From the IMG/VR virus record IMGVR_UViG_3300001528_000580, positions 96,001 through 160,000 of that record: a stretch of DNA of 64,000 bases; one strand, 5' to 3'. Below are positions 10,009 to 18,909 of the stretch, piece by piece (positions within the stretch are counted from its first letter, which is position 1; each line of letters opens with the position of its first letter). The position numbers were made by a program, and so were the translations under genes. The stretch comes from a virus. Lineage: Duplodnaviria; Caudoviricetes. Under the pieces are notes generated by a model. It worked only from the letters and a program-made list of their open reading frames with translations. It was not told the DNA's origin and did not search any database.

Positions 10009-10098
10009 CTGTCATTCTGAAAAAATGGTATATTTTTTAAATTACTTCTACTGATTCTATTGAAAATTCTAATTGAAATGAAATTAACTTTATATATT

Positions 10099-10374
10099 TT
10101 ATTCATAATCTTTTTCATTATAATTAAATTCTGCTTGACATTCTTCACACACTTCCAAATTTTCTTCATCATCTGTCTTTAAAGAAGTTTCACAATATTT
10201 ACATTTTTTTGAATGAAAACATTTCAAACAAATTTTCTCATTATATTCATTTTCAATTAAATGAGATTCTGGTTTATCTATTTTGCATAGTTCACATGGA
10301 ATTTTAGCTTCTGATCTATCAATATTATCATTTTCAATAAAGTTTCTATATTTGTTTACATAATTTTTTGCCAT
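10099..10374 (-). CDS. stand-alone double CxxC..CxxC zinc-finger protein
   Basis: CELC..CLKC, CKYC..CEEC; same finger spacing as the amidoligase N-termini. Confidence 0.7.
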   Translation of the reverse strand: MAKNYVNKYRNFIENDNIDRSEAKIPCELCKIDKPESHLIENEYNEKICLKCFHSKKCKYCETSLKTDDEENLEVCEECQAEFNYNEKDYE

Positions 10375-10398
10375 TCTATTACCTTTTATCTTTTGTTT

Positions 10399-10494
10399 AA
10401 AATGTGTCGGCTAATCTTATAAATTTTGGTTTATAATCTTGAAATGCTGATTAGGTGTAAAATTTTTTTTAGATTTTTTGGATTTTCAGAAATC
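10399..10494. repeat. 96-bp dispersed repeat, copy 2
   Basis: matches 3643..3738 in both end blocks and spacing. Confidence 0.75.
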
Positions 10495-10682
10495 TACTTT
10501 TTTATAAATTTCTTAACTATTTCAGCAACAGAATCAGATGTTATGATAATAGAATCTTGATTTGATATAACAAAATCAGGAAAATTATAATTATTTAGTT
10601 TTCTAACTTCAAAAATATAAACATTTTCATTTGTATCTTCAAATTTTTTGGTAGCTTCTTTTAATGCATCTTGATAATTCAT
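10494..10682 (-). CDS. hypothetical protein
   Basis: ORF track; RBS. Confidence 0.65.
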   Translation of the reverse strand: MNYQDALKEATKKFEDTNENVYIFEVRKLNNYNFPDFVISNQDSIIITSDSVAEIVKKFIKK

Positions 10683-10708
10683 ATTTTATTTATTCCTACT
10701 TTAAAAAA

Positions 10709-11221
10709 TTAAATATTCTTTTTAATATCAATTTTCATTTGTTTATCTTTTAAAGATTCTCTTTTATCATAATTGTGTTTACCTTTAACAAGAGCAATCT
10801 CTACTTTGATTTTGCCTTTGTTGTTAAAATAAATAGATAATGGAATTATATTATATCCTTTTGATCTTACCTTTAATGCAAGTTTGATCATTTCATTTTT
10901 ATGTAGAAGAAGAAATCTATTTGCTTTTTCTTCATGGTTATTATATGTTCCATTATTATATTTGCCAATAAAAGCATTGTGCAAAATAACTCTATTATTA
11001 TTTATTGTAATAAAAGAATCTTGTAAATTTACATTGTTTGCTCTGCAAGATTTTACTTCTGTACCAACTAATGATATTCCAGCTTCATATTTATCAAATA
11101 TAAAGTAATCATGAAACGCTTTTCTATTAGTACAGATGATTTTTTTATAGTTATTTTTTTCTATTATATTGTTCGATTTATATATAGCATTTATCCTATT
11201 ATTTGTTTTCGTGTTTTTCAT
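10709..11221 (-). CDS. smpB: SsrA(tmRNA)-binding protein SmpB
   Basis: NRKAFHDY..EAGISLVGTEVKS.R..LLLHK.E..GK..YDKR signature. Confidence 0.95.
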   Translation of the reverse strand: MKNTKTNNRINAIYKSNNIIEKNNYKKIICTNRKAFHDYFIFDKYEAGISLVGTEVKSCRANNVNLQDSFITINNNRVILHNAFIGKYNNGTYNNHEEKANRFLLLHKNEMIKLALKVRSKGYNIIPLSIYFNNKGKIKVEIALVKGKHNYDKRESLKDKQMKIDIKKNI

Positions 11222-11232
11222 TTCATCTACCT

Positions 11233-11502
11233 TTAATGATCTAATTTTCTTTTAATTGTAGGAAATTTTTTCCTGTTTTTGAATTGATCTAATCTTCTAA
11301 CGCATAAAAACTTTGTACTCATTTCCTGCATATTTTTACAACCACAAAATAACATTGCTTCCTTTTTTGAATTGAATGTTATCGCTTTTTCTAACATATA
11401 ATGATATGAAAAATGTTTGCAAGGAATATAATTCACCTCTGATAAAAAACCATTAAATTTAATAGTCCCATCACAAACAACCCATTTGTTTTTCCATTTC
11501 AT
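11233..11502 (-). CDS. hypothetical protein
   Basis: ORF track; RBS. Confidence 0.65.
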   Translation of the reverse strand: MKWKNKWVVCDGTIKFNGFLSEVNYIPCKHFSYHYMLEKAITFNSKKEAMLFCGCKNMQEMSTKFLCVRRLDQFKNRKKFPTIKRKLDH

Positions 11503-11535
11503 TTTTAAAATCCTTGTTTTAAAAATATATTTATA

Positions 11536-12267
11536 TTAGATAAATGTATCTAAAATATTCATTATTCTATTTTTTAATTTTTGTTCATTAGGATAAAATA
11601 TATAATCATAATAATATGTATATTGTTTATCTCCATTATTAAAACTATATGTGTCAATTATTCCATATGGTTGTCCTACTACTATTTTACCTACAACATT
11701 TGTGAAAAGTTTTTCATCTAATATCCAACATTCACTAGTATTTTTTGCATCAGCAACATATTTCACAATATCTTTACTATATAAAACTTTTTGAGGATTA
11801 ATTGGAACATGAACATATAATTCATCACCAGTTCTACCAAATTGAATAGCAGATAATGCTCCAAATATGGATTGTGCAAAACAAATTCTTGGTATGGTGT
11901 TATTCTCAACACCTGATTTTGTTAGTTTGTTGACTGGTATTCTAGGTTTCATTAACTTTGGTTTATCATCTAATGATAAATGAATTAAAGATAAACCATA
12001 ACTTTGCATTTCTTCATTATAATGTTGTTTTATTTTTTCAATATAAATACCTTCTTTTGCATATTTTTCCATATAACGATCATTTCTATCCATATTATTT
12101 TCACCAAATATTTTTATGGATTCTTTGTCACTTTGATTTCTTTGTTCATCACTCATATTGAAAAAATCTTGTGCTAAAGATTCTTGTTCATAATATGAAT
12201 TAGCTTCATATATAATCGTTAAATTTTTATTCTTTTTTATTAATTTAATTTGATCAATTAAGTTCAT
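11536..12267 (-). CDS. putative ADP-ribosyltransferase-fold phage protein
   Basis: LIHLS..PRIP..E..TIPRICFA.SI.GAL.A..V.DA..T.ECW pattern. Confidence 0.45.
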   Translation of the reverse strand: MNLIDQIKLIKKNKNLTIIYEANSYYEQESLAQDFFNMSDEQRNQSDKESIKIFGENNMDRNDRYMEKYAKEGIYIEKIKQHYNEEMQSYGLSLIHLSLDDKPKLMKPRIPVNKLTKSGVENNTIPRICFAQSIFGALSAIQFGRTGDELYVHVPINPQKVLYSKDIVKYVADAKNTSECWILDEKLFTNVVGKIVVGQPYGIIDTYSFNNGDKQYTYYYDYIFYPNEQKLKNRIMNILDTFI

Positions 12268-12306
12268 TTTGTTTCCTTTTTAAATAAAAAGAAAATAAAA
12301 TTTTTA

Positions 12307-12759
12307 TTAATTTTTTACATTCCTGCGAATATTAGCTAATTTTTCTAAACATTCAAGGCTTTCAGGATCAAAATCTCTTTTTGCTTTATTGCAAATTCTA
12401 CAAAACAGTTGATAATTATCAATGTTATTTTTGCCGCCCTTACTTTTAGGAATAATATGGTCTTTAGTCATTAAAATTGCACTCATATTTTGATCAAGAC
12501 AGTACAATTGAAAAAAATAAACATCTTTAATTTCTTGATGTTTATGCAATTTAAAAAAGTTTGCTTTTCTTTGGCAATTAACGCAAGCTAAGTTATCAAT
12601 ATATTTCATCCAAAGTTGATATGCAGAATATTCCGCATATACTTTCATATTATGAAATTTTTTATTTGATCTACTTGCTGATTTTGCAGAAAAAATCTTA
12701 TGTAAAGAAAGATAATTGATTACTTCATCTATTGAATATGTTTCCATTTTAATTACCAT
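12307..12759 (-). CDS. HNH endonuclease
   Basis: CVNC..TKDHIIPKSKGG.N..DNYQ..CRICN. Confidence 0.88.
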   Translation of the reverse strand: MVIKMETYSIDEVINYLSLHKIFSAKSASRSNKKFHNMKVYAEYSAYQLWMKYIDNLACVNCQRKANFFKLHKHQEIKDVYFFQLYCLDQNMSAILMTKDHIIPKSKGGKNNIDNYQLFCRICNKAKRDFDPESLECLEKLANIRRNVKN

Positions 12760-13261
12760 ATTTAAAATTTGGACAGTGACAATTTAAATTGACAATACAT
12801 TCTTGATTTGTATTATCTCCTTTTTTCTTTTTTAATTTACAATATCCTTTTGCCTCTTCATTATACCTTCTATCTTTATCAAATGGTATAATATGAATAC
12901 AATTTCTACATCTTTCAAAACTATGAATAAATTTTATTTCTTTATCTACTTCGGTAGTATATCTACGTACTTCTGGATATTGTTTTTTATATTCTTTAAA
13001 AAAGTTATCTTCTTCTTGTATTTTTCTTTTTAATTCATCTTCTTTTTCTTTTTGCTCACGTATTCTTTTTTCTTCAATACGTTTTCTTCTTTCTAATTTT
13101 AATCTTCGTAGTTCTTTATTTTTCTTTTCGATTCTATGTTTTTCTATTCTTTTCTTTTCTTCATCTAATCTTTTTTTACGAATGTTATTCTGTACCAATA
13201 CAAAAGCAATTGCTAATATAGCAACTATTACAAGTAAAATTATTAATGTTTTAATTATCAT
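12749..13261 (-). CDS. membrane-anchored coiled-coil protein with C-terminal Cys cluster
   Basis: N-terminal TM, K/E/R coiled coil, CxxC..C..C..C. Confidence 0.7.
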   Translation of the reverse strand: MIIKTLIILLVIVAILAIAFVLVQNNIRKKRLDEEKKRIEKHRIEKKNKELRRLKLERRKRIEEKRIREQKEKEDELKRKIQEEDNFFKEYKKQYPEVRRYTTEVDKEIKFIHSFERCRNCIHIIPFDKDRRYNEEAKGYCKLKKKKGDNTNQECIVNLNCHCPNFKYGN

Positions 13262-13707
13262 TGTCTACCTTTGTATTCATATAATTCACAACAATTGTCT
13301 TCTGAAACATGACAATTTTCAATATTTAATCTTTTCAATTTCTCAAGACAAATGAGTTTATTTAATTTTATAGAAAATTTGCTTTTCTTACATATTGAAC
13401 AATTAGAATATTTAATATTTATTGCCCAACATCTTGGAACATCTTTATCTATTTCTACTTGATTCAATTCTAATTCTGCAAGTAGTTGTTTATTTCTTTC
13501 TTCAAGTTCTTTAATTTTTGTATCATCTTCATCATTTAATGTTCTTCTAATATTTGAATATTTTCTATCTTTCATTCTTCTTTTTCGTTCATTAATTTCC
13601 TCTTCATTATTTTTAATGATATTCATCATTGTAGCAGATACAGCAGGAGCAATCATCATATATGGTGGAATTGGCATTTTAGTTATCTTCCTTACATGTT
13701 TTTGCAA
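13258..13707 (-). CDS. coiled-coil protein with C-terminal Cys cluster (similar layout to 12749..13261)
   Basis: CSIC..C..C..CC; likely start MPIPP. Confidence 0.7.
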   Translation of the reverse strand: MQKHVRKITKMPIPPYMMIAPAVSATMMNIIKNNEEEINERKRRMKDRKYSNIRRTLNDEDDTKIKELEERNKQLLAELELNQVEIDKDVPRCWAINIKYSNCSICKKSKFSIKLNKLICLEKLKRLNIENCHVSEDNCCELYEYKGRQ

Positions 13708-14296
13708 TGTTTAAAAAAACATTTCTATTTTCTAAACAATTAATAATGAAATTGATAGAATCAAGTTTCTTTCTCATAATATCTTTGTCAAATTCAATAT
13801 AAAAAAACAATTTATGAAGCTCAATATATCCTTTATGAATTTCTCTTACTTTTTCTAATTGATTATTGATATAATCTTTTGTTGGTTTTACACCCCAAAT
13901 TGAATAATCATATTTATAAAGATTTTGAAATAATTCTCTTGCTTCATCAAACTTTTCATTATCTTTTTGCCTTTGAAGAAAAAATTTAACTTCGCAAACA
14001 TTGAAATTAAAATCATGAACATCACTCTGACAATAAAAATTATAATTATGAAACAAAGAAGATAAACTTGGTTTATTACCAATTAACTCTCTGCGAGTAA
14101 ACCAAAGTTTAAATGTACTCCAATCAACATTAATTTCTTTAGGACGATCTGCTAACCATTTCAACCATTCTTTTGTATCAAATTGTGACATTAAATATTC
14201 AGGAATATCAAAGTTTTTAGTTAATTTTCTCAAAAAAAGAGCAATGTTGAAATTTGTATCAAAATTTAAATCTTTATTGTTCATTTTATTCTCCAT
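13679..14296 (-). CDS. hypothetical protein
   Basis: ORF track. Confidence 0.75.
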   Translation of the reverse strand: MENKMNNKDLNFDTNFNIALFLRKLTKNFDIPEYLMSQFDTKEWLKWLADRPKEINVDWSTFKLWFTRRELIGNKPSLSSLFHNYNFYCQSDVHDFNFNVCEVKFFLQRQKDNEKFDEARELFQNLYKYDYSIWGVKPTKDYINNQLEKVREIHKGYIELHKLFFYIEFDKDIMRKKLDSINFIINCLENRNVFLNIAKTCKEDN

Positions 14297-14573
14297 CCAA
14301 ATATTGAATCATTTCTTTTATATAAGAATCTTCTACCTTACCATATAATGTATTGAGTTGTTCTTGTGTGCATTTTTCAAACAATACTCTTCCACAAGAA
14401 ACTTTTATCCAACCTACATCTTCAAGTTGTTTTTCATAATTTATTTCAAATTTTCTTGTATCTAATCTTTCTGCTGAATTTCCTGTAATAATCTCATAAG
14501 CACAACGAATGTGTTGATAAGGTTCACAAATAACAATTTTACCACTAGGACTAATCCATGCAGAATGTAACAT
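14286..14573 (-). CDS. hypothetical phage protein (WISPSG..H..A..GWIKV)
   Basis: motif; RBS. Confidence 0.75.
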   Translation of the reverse strand: MLHSAWISPSGKIVICEPYQHIRCAYEIITGNSAERLDTRKFEINYEKQLEDVGWIKVSCGRVLFEKCTQEQLNTLYGKVEDSYIKEMIQYLDGE

Positions 14574-14574
14574 T

Positions 14575-14853
14575 TTATTTCCTCAAAATATTGTAAGATT
14601 GTTCATCTTTTGCAGAAATGCGATATCTTGTTTCTTTGTCATTTGCTTTAATCAGCCAAAGATCAAATTGATCACAATCATCTCTACACGTTTTAATATC
14701 ATACAGTTGTCCTGCGCCATTAAACAATGGACTATACCATCCCGAAAATTTCCAAACACCATTTGTTTTGTGATAAGTTTCACATAAAACATTGTTATCT
14801 CTTGTATATTCACTAAGAAAATTTTTGATTTCAGAATAAGTAATTTTTTTCAT
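14575..14853 (-). CDS. hypothetical protein
   Basis: downstream of the promoter at 14899. Confidence 0.7.
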   Translation of the reverse strand: MKKITYSEIKNFLSEYTRDNNVLCETYHKTNGVWKFSGWYSPLFNGAGQLYDIKTCRDDCDQFDLWLIKANDKETRYRISAKDEQSYNILRK

Positions 14854-14898
14854 TTTTCAACTCATTTGGTTTATGGTTATAGTTTTCTTCTTCAATAA

Positions 14899-14931
14899 TA
14901 TACTATACACCCAAATGACAATAAAATCAAG
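14899..14931 (-). promoter_or_regulatory. early promoter; near-duplicate of 22233..22266
   Basis: TTGATT-17-(GGGTG)TATAGT. Confidence 0.75.
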
Positions 14932-14960
14932 CAGGAAAATAAATATTTTCCTGCTTTTTT
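14929..14960 (-). terminator. intrinsic terminator after the YqeY gene
   Basis: AAGCAGGAAAATA..TATTTTCCTGCTT inverted repeat. Confidence 0.65.
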
Positions 14961-14984
14961 AAGAAAAATTTGTAATATAATATA

Positions 14985-15422
14985 TTACATCATTGCTTTT
15001 GCAAGTTTAGCTACAATTCCTTTATCTGCATTGAGATTTTTGAAGTTAGTCATAACCAACTTCATATCAATTTTTCCACCATTATCCTCTTTGAACTTGT
15101 TCAAAACATCCTGAATTTCTGCTTCATTCATCTGTTTCGGCATATCTTTTTCAAGTTCTTCCATAAGAACAGAAATTGCATCTACTTCATTCTTTTCTTT
15201 TTCAGCCAGATCATTTCGATTATTTGCTTCATAAATTTCAAGTGATTTCTGGCGATCTGATTTCATCTTTTTGAGCATTTTGTATTGAACTTCATTGGTG
15301 ATATCTTCACGAATATCAACATATTTTGTTTTTACTTCACGAAGAACTGTAAGCATAGCATCTCTTACTACACCCTTTTCAGCTTTCATCCATTCTACAA
15401 TCCGCTTTGCTACATCAATCAT
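14985..15422 (-). CDS. GatB/YqeY domain protein
   Basis: MKA....L..LR..K..LKKM..R..S.E.Y....R.DLAEKE..E....PKQM.E.EI..M..VM..ADKG.V. Confidence 0.85.
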   Translation of the reverse strand: MIDVAKRIVEWMKAEKGVVRDAMLTVLREVKTKYVDIREDITNEVQYKMLKKMKSDRQKSLEIYEANNRNDLAEKEKNEVDAISVLMEELEKDMPKQMNEAEIQDVLNKFKEDNGGKIDMKLVMTNFKNLNADKGIVAKLAKAMM

Positions 15423-15439
15423 TTGTTACACTCCTTTTG

Positions 15440-15709
15440 TTATTCAAATGTTTCTCTAATTCCACTTATAATTGCTACAATTATTGATTTAATAAACGAT
15501 ATGATAACTTTAAAAGTTTTAACAATCAAAGTAACAATCGCAATTATAATTAACAATGGATATACAATTAAAAATAAAAATTTTTCCAGTCGTTGATTAT
15601 CTGATTTATATTGATATTTATCAAGAAATAATATCATTTCATATAAAGACATTCCCAATAAGAGATAAGAACCTAATAAGAAAACTATTTTTGAATATAA
15701 TACCAACAT
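15440..15709 (-). CDS. membrane protein
   Basis: hydrophobic segments. Confidence 0.65.
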   Translation of the reverse strand: MLVLYSKIVFLLGSYLLLGMSLYEMILFLDKYQYKSDNQRLEKFLFLIVYPLLIIIAIVTLIVKTFKVIISFIKSIIVAIISGIRETFE

Positions 15710-15734
15710 TTTCTTTAAGAACTTTCATGTGCAT

Positions 15735-16058
15735 TTATGGCAAATCAAACAAATGAATGTAATCTTTATTATATTCATTGTTAAATTTAACAAATTCTTC
15801 TTTAATTTCAATTACATCTTCAAGAAGAAATGTATTATATGTACTTTCGCTGATTTGATTTGTATTTTTAACTTCAAAATCAAAATGAAGATTAGGATCT
15901 CCATTACCATAAAAATGTGGGACACCAGCAAGATACAGGTTTTTCTTGTCGGAAAAAAGATCACCATTTAAAATCAGATGATCCACTTTAACACAACAGC
16001 CTGTTTTTAAACATTTCATCGAACTAATCATTATTGTATTAATCCTCTTTAAATGCAA
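15735..16058 (-). CDS. hypothetical protein (start uncertain)
   Basis: ORF track. Confidence 0.6.
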   Translation of the reverse strand: MHLKRINTIMISSMKCLKTGCCVKVDHLILNGDLFSDKKNLYLAGVPHFYGNGDPNLHFDFEVKNTNQISESTYNTFLLEDVIEIKEEFVKFNNEYNKDYIHLFDLP

Positions 16059-16197
16059 TTACAAAAAATACAGAAAGACCAGAAAAAATTCCAAACATAC
16101 AAGCCGTATCCATATCTTTTTTTGCAAGACATGACCCAAACAAAACACACGAAAACGCAAGAGTTGCAATTGCCAAATAGAAGAATTTCCCCTTCAT
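16039..16197 (-). CDS. small two-TM protein (52 aa, MKGKFFYLAIA...)
   Basis: read by hand; ATG overlaps the HD-gene stop; AAGGAG RBS. Confidence 0.6.
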   Translation of the reverse strand: MKGKFFYLAIATLAFSCVLFGSCLAKKDMDTACMFGIFSGLSVFFVIAFKED

Positions 16198-16757
16198 TTT
16201 TTATCTCCTTTATGAAATTGATAATATAAAGACATTACCTCTGTCAAAAGATTGACATGCACTTTTTTAAATCTCATCCACGGTTTATTTGTCTCTCGAT
16301 ATAAGCTGTCAAACAAAACATCTGCTTTATGAAAATATGTTTTTGCATATTTGTAATCTCCCATGTTGAGAAAATCTTTAACATTGCAAATTCTATCTGC
16401 AATTTTAACAGTAAATACCGAACTTGTATTATTCAATGCAATATTTGCTAAATATCCTGATTTAGCAAATGGATTATTCTTGTTTTCATAGAATGATATT
16501 GATTTAACAAGAAAAGCCACAGAATATCCGAAATTATCTTCAATTTCATATTCTGAACATTTTGTATCTTCTAAAATATCGTGCAATAATGCAACAATAT
16601 AATAATATTCTTCAAGATCATTCGATTCATCACATTTTTTCAAAAGATTATAAACATCAAGAGGATGGTTCCAATATAATGTTTTACCATCTTTCCTTAA
16701 ATCATCTCCATGCCATTTTTTCATAAATTCAATGGCTTTTTTAATTTTATTACTCAT
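16194..16757 (-). CDS. RelA/SpoT-type HD hydrolase (small alarmone hydrolase/Mesh1-like)
   Basis: H....RKDG..Y..HP..V..ALLHDILEDT..VKIADR..N. Confidence 0.85.
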   Translation of the reverse strand: MSNKIKKAIEFMKKWHGDDLRKDGKTLYWNHPLDVYNLLKKCDESNDLEEYYYIVALLHDILEDTKCSEYEIEDNFGYSVAFLVKSISFYENKNNPFAKSGYLANIALNNTSSVFTVKIADRICNVKDFLNMGDYKYAKTYFHKADVLFDSLYRETNKPWMRFKKVHVNLLTEVMSLYYQFHKGDKK

Positions 16758-16905
16758 TAATATTTCTCTTTACCTCTTTTGCTTTATTGATCGTAAGAAT
16801 TAATGTAACCAATTTTAAAGCAATATCTTCAATTTTTACCTTTAAATCACACGAAACAGTATAATATCCTAAATCAAGATGAACAAAACAATCATCATTA
16901 GTCAT
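16750..16905 (-). CDS. small hypothetical protein (51 aa, MTNDDCF...)
   Basis: read by hand; AAGGAA RBS; overlaps the HD-gene start. Confidence 0.55.
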   Translation of the reverse strand: MTNDDCFVHLDLGYYTVSCDLKVKIEDIALKLVTLILTINKAKEVKRNINE

Positions 16906-16978
16906 CTTATAATTCCTTGATTTTATCATATTTTTTTATATTTCTTTATATTATATAATATAACACAAAAAAGGAAAA

Positions 16979-17551
16979 ATGCAAATGAAATTAAGAGAAT
17001 ATGCTAAGAAACATGGATTACATTATAATACGGTATATGGATGGTTTCATCAAGGAAAATTAAAAAATGCAGTTCAGTTAGATACAGGAACTATTTTAGT
17101 TTACGAAGATGAAGATAATTTGAAAACCAAAGAAGAAAAAATAGTTACATATGCGAGAGTAAGTTCAAGAGAAAGAAAAAATAGTTTAATAGAACAAGAG
17201 AATAGATTAATAAACTTTTGTAATGCTAGAGGTTGGATAGTTAATAAAAGTTATAAAGAAATAGCAAGTGGAATAAATGATAACAGAAAACTATTATTAG
17301 AAATGCTAAATTCTAATCCGACAAAGATAGTAATAGAAAACAAAGATCGTTTAACAAGATTTGGATTTAATTATTTAAAAGTGTTATTAGAAAAACAAGG
17401 TTGTGAGCTAGTAGTTTTAAATGATTCAGAAGATCAAGAAGATTTAATGAAAGATTTAGTTAGTATAATAACAAGTTTTTGTGGTAGAATATATGGATTA
17501 AGAAGAGCAAAAAATAAATTAAATAAGATAAAAGAAATAGTAGAAGAATGA
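16979..17551 (+). CDS. tnpA: IS607-family serine recombinase/transposase
   Basis: MerR-like HTH, YARVSS catalytic motif, KDRLTRFGF, DLVSIITSFCGRIYG.R. Confidence 0.95.
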   Translation: MQMKLREYAKKHGLHYNTVYGWFHQGKLKNAVQLDTGTILVYEDEDNLKTKEEKIVTYARVSSRERKNSLIEQENRLINFCNARGWIVNKSYKEIASGINDNRKLLLEMLNSNPTKIVIENKDRLTRFGFNYLKVLLEKQGCELVVLNDSEDQEDLMKDLVSIITSFCGRIYGLRRAKNKLNKIKEIVEE

Positions 17552-18909
17552 TAACTTATAAATTTAAATATGAATTTGAAGATAAAGAAATTATAAAAGA
17601 TTATATAAGAGAGTATAATGTAGTTTATCGTTATGCTTATAATAGGTTTGTAGATAATTCAAATTTAAGTTTAAATGAAGTTATAAAATTAACAAAAGAT
17701 AATATAAAAAATATAAAATTATTAGATGCTACGATAATTCAAAATGCCTGTGAAAAAGCCAAACATACTTTTAAAAACAATGAAAATAACAAAGTAATAT
17801 TTGGTGGGAAGAACAATTATTTTAGATATATAAAAGGCTTGATATCTAAAGAAGAATATAAGAATAAGAAGAATATTTCTTTTTATATAAGAGGACAAGA
17901 AAATAGCTATGGTAATAGGAAGTTTAGATTAAATACTAAAGTTAGAGAATTATTTTTTCAACCGAATAGGAAAGAAAAATACGTTTTAAAATTTAAATTA
18001 GATAATAAACGTTTAAGAGAATTAGAGATATTAGAAAACAAATGTAAATTATGTGAAGGTAGTATAAATGTAGGAATAGATTTAAGTTATATTTATTTGA
18101 GTTTTGAAGAAACTTTAATAAATTATCAACCAATAGAATCAATAGAAAACCGTATATTGAGTATAGATTTAAATCCTAATTATATAGCTTATGTTATTTG
18201 TGATTATAACGAAGAAGCTAGAAAAAACATAATAACCAAAGAAATAATAAGTATAAAAAACTTAAATGATAAAGATAAGAAAAAAAACTATAAAGATAAA
18301 GAAAACAAGTTAAATTATAGAAAATATTTAAATAACAAGAAAAAAACAGAGATATTAGAAATAAGTAAATATATAATTGACAAAGCAAAACATTATAAAG
18401 TAGAGAGTATAGTTATAGAAGATTTAAATATAAGAAGTAGTAATAAAAATTTAGGTAGAAGGTTTAACAAATTATGTAATAATGATTGGATTAGAAATGC
18501 TTTTGTTAATAATTTAAGTAAAAGATGTAATATTTATGGAATAAGATTACAAAAAGTTTTAGCTTGTTATAGCAGCTTTATTGGACAATTAACTAATAAA
18601 GATGAATTTGACTCCATTGCAGCCGCAATGGAGCTTGGACGTAGAGGAAATCTTTTTATAAGAAATTATATAAAAAGTAAAAATAAAATAGATGTTGTAT
18701 ATCCAAGATTTAATATTAGAAATTTAATGGATCAATGGAAGAAGAAGTTAAATTTTGATGAAAATATTAAAGATTGGAAATCCTTATACAACAAAATAAA
18801 AGAAACGAAACAGAGCTATCGTTTCTTGTTTGATGAAAATAAAAATTCATTAAGTTCTTTTAGATTAAATTCTTATAAATCTTTCGTTAATGTTTATAAC
18901 ATTTTGTGA
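17548..18909 (+). CDS. tnpB: TnpB-related RNA-guided nuclease (lacks Zn finger)
   Basis: RuvC-I SIDLNP, RuvC-II IVIEDL, YSSFIG, RuvC-III DSIAAAMELGRRG; ATGA overlap with tnpA. Confidence 0.85.
   Translation: MITYKFKYEFEDKEIIKDYIREYNVVYRYAYNRFVDNSNLSLNEVIKLTKDNIKNIKLLDATIIQNACEKAKHTFKNNENNKVIFGGKNNYFRYIKGLISKEEYKNKKNISFYIRGQENSYGNRKFRLNTKVRELFFQPNRKEKYVLKFKLDNKRLRELEILENKCKLCEGSINVGIDLSYIYLSFEETLINYQPIESIENRILSIDLNPNYIAYVICDYNEEARKNIITKEIISIKNLNDKDKKKNYKDKENKLNYRKYLNNKKKTEILEISKYIIDKAKHYKVESIVIEDLNIRSSNKNLGRRFNKLCNNDWIRNAFVNNLSKRCNIYGIRLQKVLACYSSFIGQLTNKDEFDSIAAAMELGRRGNLFIRNYIKSKNKIDVVYPRFNIRNLMDQWKKKLNFDENIKDWKSLYNKIKETKQSYRFLFDENKNSLSSFRLNSYKSFVNVYNIL

Noticed and set aside
10200-11600. 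tmRNA next to smpB
   Set aside because: No GGGG..GATTCGAC 5' end, no tRNA-like 3' end and no suitable intergenic gap here or elsewhere in the window.
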